This document shows positions 13,151-22,590 of a stretch of DNA of 64,000 bases, in pieces. The stretch covers positions 20,026,001-20,090,000 of the forward strand of contig OZ024741.1 of the NCBI GenBank assembly GCA_964016885.1, read 5' to 3'. This stretch comes from Eledone cirrhosa (taxonomy: Eukaryota). How positions within the stretch are numbered: the stretch's first letter is position 1; each line of letters starts with the position of its first letter. A program made the position numbers and the translations under genes. Under the pieces are notes generated by a model. It ran no database searches and was not told where the DNA came from. It saw only the letters and a list, made by a program, of their open reading frames with translations.

Positions 13151-15725
13151 TGTTTAGTTTTCATCACTGTCGTTGTTAAGTTCTCATCGGTGTCGTTGTT
13201 AACTTTTCATCTCTTTCGTTGTTAAGTTATCATCGCCGTGGTTATTAAGTTATCATCGCTGTCGTTGTTAAATTATCATCTCTGTCGTGGTTAAGTTATC
13301 ATCGCTGTCGTTGTTAAGTTATCATCGCTGTCGTTGTTAAGTTATCATCACTGTCGTTGTTAAGTTATCATCTCTGTCGTTGTTAAGTTATCATCGCTGT
13401 CGTTAAGTTATCATCACTGTCGTTATTAAGTTATCATCACTGTCGTTATTAAGTTATCATCTCTGTCGTTGTTAAGTTATCATCGCTGTCGTTAAGTTAT
13501 CATCACTGTCGTTATTAAGTTATCATCGCTGTCGTTGTTAAGTTCTTATCGCTGTTGTTGTTAAGTTATCATCACTGTCGTTGTTATGTTATCATCTCTG
13601 TCGTGGTTAAGTTATCATCGCTGTCGTTGTTAAGTTATCATCGCTGTCGTTGTTAAGTTATCATCACTGTCGTTGTTAAATTATCAACTCTACCGTTGTT
13701 AAGTTATCATCTCTGTCGTTTTTAAATTATCATCTCTGTCGTTGTTAAGTTATCATCTCTGTCGTTGTTAAGTTTTCATATCTGTCGTTGTTAAGTTCTC
13801 ATCGCTGTCATTGTTAAGTTATCATCTCTGTCGTTGTTAAGTTATCATCTCTGTCGTTGTTAAGTTCTCATCGCTGTCATTGTTAAGTTATCATCTCTGT
13901 CGTTGTTAAGTTATCATCTCTGTCGTTGTTAAGTTATCATCGCTGTCATTGTTAAGTTATCATCTCTGTCGTTGTTAAGTTATCATCTCTGTCGTTGTTA
14001 AGTTATCATCTCTGTCGTTGTTAAGTTATCAACGCTGTAATTGTTAAGTTATCAGCGCTGTCATTAAGTTATCATCTCTCTCTTTGTTAAGTTATCATCA
14101 CTGTCGTTGTTAAGTTATCATCTCTGTCGTTTTTAAATTATCATCACTGTCGTTTTTAAGTTATCATCGCTGTCGTTGTTAAGTTATCATCTCTGTCGTT
14201 GTTAAGTTATCATCTCTGTCGTTGTTAAATTATCATCTCTGTCGTTGTTAAGTTATCATCACTGTCGTTGTTAAGTAATCATCTCTGTCGTGGTTAAGTT
14301 ATCATCTCTGTCGTTGTTAAGTTCTCATCGCTGTCGTTGTTAAGTTATCATCACTGTCGTTGTTAAGTTATCATCGCTGTCGGTGTTAAGTTATCATCTC
14401 TGTCGTTGTTAAGTTATCATCTCTGTCGATGTTAAATTATCATTGCTGTCGTTGTTAAGTTATCATCTCTGTCGTTGTTAAATTATCATCGCTGTCGTTG
14501 TTAAGTTATCATCTCTGTCGTTGTTAAATTATCATCGCTGTCGTTGTTAAGTTATCATCTCTGTCGTTGTTAAATTATCATCTCTGTCGTTGTTCAGTTC
14601 TCATCTCTGTCGTTGTTAAGTTATCATCGCTGTCGTTGTTAAGTTATCATCGCTGTCGTTGTGGTTAAGTTATCATCGCTGTCGTTGTTATGTTATCATC
14701 TCTGTCGTTGTTAAGTTATCATCTATTTTGTTGTTATGTTATCATCTCTGTCGTTGTTAAATTATCATCTCTGTCGTTGTTAAATTCTCCTCTCTGTCGT
14801 TGTTAAGTTATCATCGCTGTTGTTGTTAAGTTATCATCGCTGTCGTTGTGGTTAAGTTATCATCGCTGTCGTTGTTAAGTTATCATCTCTTTTGTTGTTA
14901 TGTTATCATCTCTGTCGTTGTTAAATTATCATCACTGTCGTTGTTAAATTCTCCTCTCTGTCGTTGTTAAGTTATCATCGCTGTTGTTGTTAAGTTATCA
15001 TCGCTGTCGTTGTGGTTAAGTTATCATCGCTGTCGTTGTTACGTTATCATCTCTGTCGTTAAGTTATCATCTCTGTCGTTGTTAAGTTCTCATCGCTGTC
15101 ATTGTTAAGTTATCATCTCTGTCGTTGTTAAGTTATCATCTCTGTCGTTGTTAAGTTATCATCTCTGTCGTTGTTAAGTTCTCATCGCTGTTATTGTTAA
15201 GTTATCATCTCTGTCGTTGTTAAGTTCTCATCGCTGTTATTGTTAAGTTATCATCTCTGTCGTTGTTAAGTTCTCATCGCTGTTATTGTTAAGTTATCAT
15301 CTCTGTCGTTGTTAATTTATCATCTCTGTCGTTGTTAAGTTCTCATCGCTGTCATTGTTAAGTTATCATCTCTGTCGTTTTTAAGTTATCATCTCTGTCG
15401 TTGTTAAGTTATCATCTCTGTCGTTGTTAAGTTATCATCTCTGTCGTTGTTAAGTTATCATCTCTGTCGTTGTTAAGTTATCATCTCTGTCGTTGTTAAT
15501 TTATCATCTCTGTCGTTGTTAAGTTATCATCTCTGTCGTTGTTAAGTTATCATCTCTGTCGTTGTTAAGTTATCATCGCTGCGCTGTCGTTGTTGTTCAG
15601 TTCTCATCGGTGTCGTTGTTAAGTTATCATCGCTGTCGTTGTTAAGTTATCATGGCTTCTAATGTTGTTTGTTAACTTGCGAAAGTCGGCTGAATAATTA
15701 ATAGGCTCAAAAGGCCATAGGCTTA

Positions 15726-16000
15726 CCCAGATACTCTCATGGAATGACCAAATGAGGTATTTTTCCCCATAGTCCCTGGAAAAAAAGAATGCAGTTATTA
15801 ATAAGCAGAGTTGAAATTAATGCATGTAAGATTTCACAGCTCTAGCATCACTCCTTCATATGCTGACCAAGATACTCTCATTGAATGACCCAATGAAGTT
15901 TATTTTTCAACATAGTCCCTGGAAAGAAACAATGCAGTTATTAATAAGAAGAGTTGAAAGGTATGCATGCACAATTTCACAGCTCTAGCATCACCACTTC
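15726..16000. repeat. Diverged head-to-tail dimer of a ~141-bp unit
   Basis: agatactctcat at 15729 and 15870. Both copies share catagtccctggaaa, aatgcagttattaataag, agagttgaaa and atttcacagctctagcatcac. Confidence 0.93.
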
Positions 16001-16055
16001 TCAGTCAGCCTATGAACTTTTCAGTCGACCCTCGTGCATGTTTTGTTTCCGCTAC

Positions 16056-16116
16056 TGTTATTAGTGTTATTAGTGTTGTTGTTGGTGTGTTGTGGTTGCT
16101 GTTGTTGTTATTGTTT
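16056..16116. repeat. Degenerate (GTT)n-type simple repeat
   Basis: gttattagtgttattagtgttgttgttggtgtgttgtggttgctgttgttgttattgttt. Confidence 0.8.
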
Positions 16117-16138
16117 GTATACACACAACATGAACAAA

Positions 16139-16421
16139 TTGTTAAGGAGTTCGCTTCACAGTGCTTATATCTTGGTTCGATCATAATACGTGGCACCTTG
16201 ACGAGTGTCAGTTACCATAGCCGGGGGTCGAGCCGTGTCGTTTGAGTAAAATTGATCTGACGGAAAGATTGGAAGCTCGTTGGCTGGACAGTGCCTGTAA
16301 TTCAAAGGACCAGTCAGCATGGATTTACTTGAGGATTACGCTATGTGTACACTTTGGAATGCTCAGCCACTGACCCGATAATTTCATAAGCAGGCTGTCC
16401 GGTTAATCGAACAAGTGGGAC
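16139..16421 (+). mobile_element. Decayed tRNA-derived SINE, octopus-type by recall
   Basis: B-box-like ggttcgatc at 16174-16182, then cgtggcaccttgacgagtgtc...tagccgggggtcga...gacggaaa...gaagctcgt and a tail gctcagccact...taatttcataagcaggctgt. This matches my recollection of an abundant octopus SINE consensus; no database search was done. Confidence 0.6.
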
Positions 16422-16435
16422 ATTAATGGTCGAAT

Positions 16436-16652
16436 GTCTTCATTTCACAATGCTCCATTAAACTCAGCTGAAAATAAGTTCCAGCAATAGCTGGGAGGGG
16501 GGGATCCTGCGATGGAATGACAGCCTGTGCAGGGTGTGTATGTGGAGTGGGGGGGGGGGGGGGGTCTAGTACTCTCAGTCACTTAACGCAACAGAAACTG
16601 GGATAAGCACTGTCCTAGCAAGCCTTCTAGCTTCTAGAGACAGACTTTAACC
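16436..16652 (+). mobile_element. 5'-truncated SINE-like repeat with module cctgcgatgg...gaaactgggataagc...cagacttta (copy 1)
   Basis: Homologous to 16651-16768 and 17598-17708 in this window; contains a G16 run at 16549-16564. The module resembles invertebrate SINE 3' regions (recall). Confidence 0.65.
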
Positions 16653-16768
16653 ATGCAACAGATTGACATTCTGTCCATGGACGGGGCTTGAACTCTCAGT
16701 CGCTTCACACCATGAAACTGATAAGCAACGGCCTTACGAGCCCTCTGGCTTAAGATAGAAATTAACCC
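16651..16768 (+). mobile_element. Second, directly tandem copy of the same SINE-like 3' module
   Basis: ctgtcca...actctcagtcgcttcacaccatgaaactgataagc...ctggct...attaacc aligns with copies 1 and 3. Confidence 0.65.
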
Positions 16769-16830
16769 TGCGATTCATATATGTATATTGGGTTAAAACT
16801 AATTGATTTCAAGACACAACCTAAACATAA

Positions 16831-16841
<11 letters not shown>

Positions 16842-16887
<46 letters not shown>
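16842..16887. repeat. (TA)n microsatellite, left flank of the palindrome
   Basis: Pure TA run of ~46 bp. Confidence 0.97.
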
Positions 16888-16893
<6 letters not shown>

Positions 16894-17208
16894 AGTCGTT
16901 TGGAAGCCTCGACAATGCAAATGGGTAAATCTCCGGGTAACAAGGTCCGGTGGTGGAGAGAGAGATATGTAAGTGGGTGCACGTTGAGATGCGTGGTGTG
17001 TATAAGATGTGTGAGATGTGTAGAATGAAGGGAAGAGTAAAAGGGTAAAAATTTACTCTTCCCTTCATTCTACACATCTCACACATCTTATACACACCAC
17101 GCATCTCAACGTACACCCACTTACATATCTCTCTCTCCATCACCGGACCTTGTTACCCGGAGATTTACCCATTTGCATTGTCGAGACTTCCAAACGACTT
17201 ATAAATAT
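16885..17208. repeat. Long near-perfect inverted repeat: 157-bp arms (16885-17041, 17052-17208), 10-nt loop
   Basis: Arms pair in constant register with no net indel. Three mismatches seen: C16907/A17186, G16953/T17140, C16980/A17113. Loop agggtaaaaa. Confidence 0.97.
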
Positions 17209-17250
17209 TTACTTATTGTTCCACAATGCTTCAACAAACTTCAATACTCT

Positions 17251-17382
<132 letters not shown>

Positions 17383-17597
17383 GAATCATTGCAACATCTG
17401 ACTGATAAAATGACAAGTCAGTCAATCATATTGGTGACCTCCCCACAGCCCCGGGGGACAGAATGGAGAAGGCGTTTCCCCGGAGGACGGCAAGGGAGAC
17501 GCGCTGGAAAAGCCATTTCATCTCGCGAGGCTCACACCTGCGGCTGGCCAGCTCAGCGCATAAGGTGGTGAGTAGGGGGTAGCCCTAGGGCGGAGGA

Positions 17598-17708
17598 CAC
17601 CCTGCGATGGACTAGCGTCCTGTCCAGCGGGAAGTCTTGTGACGCTTCACGTCATGAAACGGGGATAAGCACCGGAATGGTGAACCCCTGGCTCCAGACA
17701 GACTTTAG
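17598..17708 (+). mobile_element. Third copy of the SINE-like 3' module
   Basis: caccctgcgatggactagcgtcctgtccag...cgcttcacgtcatgaaacggggataagcacc...ctggctccagacagactttag, homologous to 16506-16652. Confidence 0.7.
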
Positions 17709-18115
17709 AATGAAACTGTTGTTCTAGGCTTGGCTGTTAGTTGTAAACCAATGCTTATATGTCACCGAGAGAAATATATGGAAGTGTTCTCATTGGTTTC
17801 ATCTCTGATAATTTATCGCAGAAACAGGAATATTCATCTTTCTACCATATTTAATATTAATATTTGTCGGCTGAGGTGAGGAGGTTGGGGTTGACGTAAT
17901 CGATAGACTGGTTATTAGAATACCATGTGCTTTTTGTCGACAGTTTCTTTATGTCTTAACGACTCTATTATTTGATTAAAGACAAATTTCGATAAAGATA
18001 TATGAAAACGTCTGGTTAGTGGAATATGTAATAAAGAATTTGGTCATCATTTGTAGATGGTCTCAGATGTTATAAAAATGGCTAAATGTATTACGTGGAT
18101 GGTTTAAGATATTAT

Positions 18116-18600
18116 GTGGTGGTGGTGGTGATGATGGTGGTGGTGGTGGTGGTGGTGGTGATGGTGGCGGTAGTGGTGGTGGTGGTGGTCATCGTGATGT
18201 TGGTACGGATGGTGGTGATGGTGGTGGTAGTGGTGGTAGTGGTGGTAGGGATGGTAGCGAGATGATGATGGTGATAGTAGTGGTGGAAGTGGTGGTGGTG
18301 ATGATGTTGGTGATGGAGGACGGTGGTGGTGGTGGAGGATGTGGTGGTGGTGGTAGTGGTGGTGGTGGAGGAGGAGGAGGAGGATGCGGTGCGGGTAGTG
18401 ATGGTGGTGGTTGCGGTGATGATGCTGGTAGTGGAGGATGGTGGAGGTGGGGGTGTGGGGGCATGGGGGGGGGGGGGGGGGGTAAATGCTGGTAGTGGAC
18501 GATGGTGGAGGTGATGTTGGTGGTGGTGGTGGTTTTTGGCGGTGGTGGTGCTCTTGCCACTTGGTGGTTTGTGATGTTGGTGTTGGTGATTGTGGTGGGG
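18116..18600. repeat. Compound degenerate (GGT/GAT/AGT/GGA)n microsatellite containing a G18 run
   Basis: Read directly; G run at 18465-18482. Confidence 0.92.
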
Positions 18601-18754
18601 AGGAGAGTGTTGGATTTTCTGATAGACTATCAGATGGTAAGTATGGCAAGATTGAAATCCAGAATAATAGGCATTCCACGTGGCGATCACCTCCCCCATC
18701 ACCACTGCCACCACCATCTTGAAATATTGAATATATCTCGGGGTCGAGATTGTG

Positions 18755-18886
18755 TGAGAGAAACAGAGAGAGGGGGAGAGAGAGAGAGAGCGAGAGAGAG
18801 AGAGAGAGAGAGAGAAGGAGGTGGAAAGAGGGAGGAAGAGAGACAGAGAGGGAAAGAACGAGGGAGAGTCAGGGAAAGAGAGAGAG
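18755..18886. repeat. (GA)n / polypurine low-complexity tract
   Basis: gagagagaga...ggaggaagagagacagagagggaaag. Confidence 0.9.
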
Positions 18887-19208
18887 CAAAGCACCGAACT
18901 AAGTCCTTTATAGTATTTAGTGTTTAAACATCGAGTTTTTCTGTGTTGAATTCCAGCTGACAGCTAATCGACAATTCTTTCCCTTTCACCGAAGCACCAG
19001 TAATACACTGAGGGTAGAACTACCTCCCTCTACTAAATAACACTGGCTTTGTAACTAATGGGGAGATAAGTAATACATGAATGTTTGGGGGGGAGGGGGG
19101 TTGCAAAGAATGAATACAATCAGATCTGATCTGCAACTGCAACAACAACAATATAATTGATTCAAAATATTAACGGGGGAGAAAGAACATATTCTTTGCA
19201 ATGATAAT

Positions 19209-19378
19209 TGTTTCTACTTTTGGCACAAGGCCAGCAATTACCCAGTGCATTACTGGTACTTTATTTTATCGACCCCGTAAGGCAAAGTTAACCTTGGCGG
19301 GATTTGAACTCAGAATGGCAAGGACCGTAACTCTATGCGTCAAAGCATGGCGTCCGACTCTCTACTGATTTAGGCAGA
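19209..19378 (-). mobile_element. Decayed tRNA-derived SINE, copy A (internally deleted)
   Basis: Minus-strand B box gagttcaaatccc (19299-19311). Shares cattactggtactt..ttatcgacc.cgtaagg..ca..gttaacct.ggcg.gatttga.ctcaga with copy B at ~180-bp offset. The core resembles my recollection of an octopus SINE (gcctttcatcctttcggggtcgataaa). Confidence 0.75.
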
Positions 19379-19567
19379 AAACCATCAATTTGAAGGGAGG
19401 GGGAAATCGATAAAATTGACCTCAGTACATTACTGGTACTTTAGTTATCGACCTCGTAAGGATGAAAGGCAATGTTAACCTCGGCGAGATTTGACCTCAG
19501 ACCGTAAAGAGGAGGAACTGTGAATATAGTGTCCGGCGCTCCACCAGTCCTGCCAATCCACCGCCCT
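19379..19567 (-). mobile_element. Decayed tRNA-derived SINE, copy B
   Basis: Minus strand begins gggcggtggattggcaggactggtgg (A-box-like), has a degenerate B box gaggtcaaatctc (19486-19498) and the core gcctttcatccttacgaggtcgataactaaagtaccagt. Confidence 0.75.
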
Positions 19568-22500
19568 TCCGACACCCTTAATAACCATCAGCACCATCGT
19601 CATCATCACCATCATCACAACAACCATCACTATCATGATTACCATGTCCATTATCATCATCACCATCATCATCACCGCCGTCATCATCACCATCATCACA
19701 ACCATGACTATCATCACTATCATGTCCATCCTCATCATCATCATCATCATCACCATCACTACCGTCACCATCACCATCACCATCACTACCGTCATCACCA
19801 TCACCAACACTACCGTCATCACCACCACCACGACCATCACTACCGTCATCACCATCACTACCGTCATCACCATCACCACCATCACTACCGTCATCACCAT
19901 CACCACCATCACTACCGTCATCACCATCACCATCACTACCGTCACCACCACCATCACTACCGTCATCACCATCACCATCACTACCGTCATCACCATCACC
20001 ATCACTACCGTCATCACCATCACCACCATCACTACCGTCATCACCATCACCATCACTACCGTCATCACCATCACCACCATCACTACCGTCATCACCATCA
20101 CCATCACTACCGTGACCATCACCATCATCACCATCACTACCGTCATCACCACCATCACCACCATCACTACCGTCATCACAATCACCACCATCACTACCGT
20201 CATCACCATCACCATCACTACCGTCATCACCACCATCACCATCACTACCGTCATCACCACCACCATCACTACCGTCATCACCATCACCATCACTACCGTC
20301 ATCACCATCACCATCACTACCGTCACCATCACCATCATCACCATCACTACCGTCATCACCATCACCATCACTACCGTCATCACCACCACCATCACTACCG
20401 TCATCACCATCACCATCACTACCGTCATCACCATCACCATCACTACCGTCACCATCACCATCATCACCATCACTACCGTCATCACCATCACCATCACTAC
20501 CGTCATCACCATCACCATCACTACCGTCATCACCATCACCATCACTACCGTCACCATCACCATCATCACCATCACTACCTTCATCACCATCACCACCATC
20601 ACTACCGTCATCACCATCACTACCGTCACCATCACCATCATCACCATCACTACCGTCATCACCATCACTAGCATCACTACCGTCATCACCATCACCATCA
20701 CTACCATCACCACCATCACTACCGTCATCACCATAACCACTACCATCACTACCGTCACCACCATCACCATCACTACCATCATCACCACCACCATCACTAC
20801 CGTCATCACCATCACCATCACTACCGTCATCACCATCACCAACATCACTACCGTCATCACCATCACCATCATCACTACCGTCATCACCATCATCACCATC
20901 ACTACCGTCATCACAATCACCACCATCACTACCGTCATCACCACCATCGCCATCACTACAGTCACCATCACCATCATCACCATCACTACCGTCATAACCA
21001 TCATCACCATCACTACCGTCATCACCATCACCACTATCACTACCGTCATCACCATCACCATCACTACCGTCATCACCACCATCACCATCACTACCGTCAC
21101 CATCACCATCATCACCATCACCACCGTCATAACCATCATCACCATCACTACCGTCATAACCATCATCACCATCACTACCGTCATCACCATCACCACCATC
21201 ACTACCGTCATCACCACCATCACCATCACTACCGTCACCATCACCATCATCACCATCACCACCGTCACCACCATCACCACCATCACTACCGTCATCACCA
21301 TCACCACCATCACTACAGTCATCACCACTACCATCAATACCGTCATCACCATCACCATCACTACCGTCACCATCACCATCACCATCACTACCGTCATCAC
21401 CACTACCATCAATACCGTCATCACCATCACCATCACTACCGTCACCATCACCATCACCATCACTACCGTCATCACCATCATCACCATCACTACCGACATC
21501 ACCATCACCACCATCACTACCGTCATTAACCATCACCCCCATCGCTACCGTCATCACCACCACCATCACTACCGTCATCACCATCACCATCATTACCGTC
21601 ACCATCACCACCACCATCACTACCGTCATCACCATCACTACCGTCATCACCATCACCACCATCACTACCGTCATCACCATCACCATCACTACCGTCATCA
21701 CCATCACCAACACCATCACTACCGTCATCACCATCACAATCACTACCGTCATCACCGTCATCACCATCACTACCTTCATCACCATCACCACCATCACTAC
21801 CGTCATCACCACCACCATCACTACCGTCATCACCATCATCACCATCACTACCGTCACCATCACCACCATCACTACCGTGATCACCACCACCATCACAACC
21901 GTGATCACCACCACCATCACAACCGTCATCACCATCACCATCACTACCGTCATCACCAACACCACCACCATCACTACAGTCATCACCATCATCATCACTA
22001 CCGTCATCACCATCATCACCATCATTACCGTCATCACCATCACCACCATCACTACCGTCATCACCATCACCACCGTCATCACCATCACCACCATCACTAC
22101 CGTCATCACCATCACCACCATCACTACCGTCATCACCACCACCATCACTACCATCATCACCATCACCATCACTACCGTCATCACCATCATTACCGTCACC
22201 ATCACCATCATCACCATCACTACCGTCATCACTATCACCACCATCACTACCGTCATCACCATCACCATCACTACTGTCATCACCATCATCGCCATCACTA
22301 CCGTCATCACCATCACCATAACTACCGTCATCACCACCACCACCACCATCACTACCGTCATCACCATCACCACCATCACTACCGTCATCACCATCACCAC
22401 CATCACTACCGTCATCACCACCACCATCACTACTGTCATCACCATCACCACCAACATCACCACCATCACCATCATCACCATCACCATCACCACCAACACC

Positions 22501-22590
22501 ATCACTACCATCATCACCATCACCATCACTACCGTCATCACCATCATTACCGTCACCATCACCATCATCACCATCACTACCGTCATCACT

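Larger units (their letters stand above)
1..15657. repeat. 23-bp tandem satellite, consensus GTTGTTAAGTTATCATC[T/A/G]CTGTC, roughly 680-700 copies, open at the left window edge
   Basis: Period 23 read directly (agttatc at 1861 and 1884). Frequent 20-bp variants lack one GTT; rare 26-bp variants carry GTTGTGGTT. Last recognisable monomer ends ...aagttatcatggct at ~15657. Confidence 0.98.

Noticed and set aside
1-15657. CRISPR array or telomeric repeat interpretation of the 23-mer
   Set aside because: No unique spacers, no cas genes, eukaryotic context; no TTAGGG-type G runs, and the monomers are too variable for telomerase products.
17155-17190. Hammerhead-ribozyme-like spacing in the hairpin arm (ccggaga...gtcgagac vs CUGANGA...CGAAAC), as in Penelope-like elements
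   Set aside because: Three catalytic-core positions mismatch and I see no convincing stem II; worth retesting only on a family consensus.
18611-18642. Perfect splice donor ATG|GTAAGT at 18636/18637 with a possible 11-nt micro-exon after ttttctgatag
   Set aside because: Weak polypyrimidine tract, no supporting exons, and such a motif is expected by chance.
18104-18927. Six overlapping His/Pro/Thr/Gly/Val-rich ORFs
   Set aside because: Translations of GGT and GA microsatellites.
18735-19026. Small hairpins atctcg-gggt-cgagat (18735-18750) and ggtag-aa-ctacc (~19013-19024)
   Set aside because: 5-6-bp stems are expected by chance.
19299-19567. tRNA gene
   Set aside because: The Pol III boxes belong to decayed SINE heads; no cloverleaf is evident.
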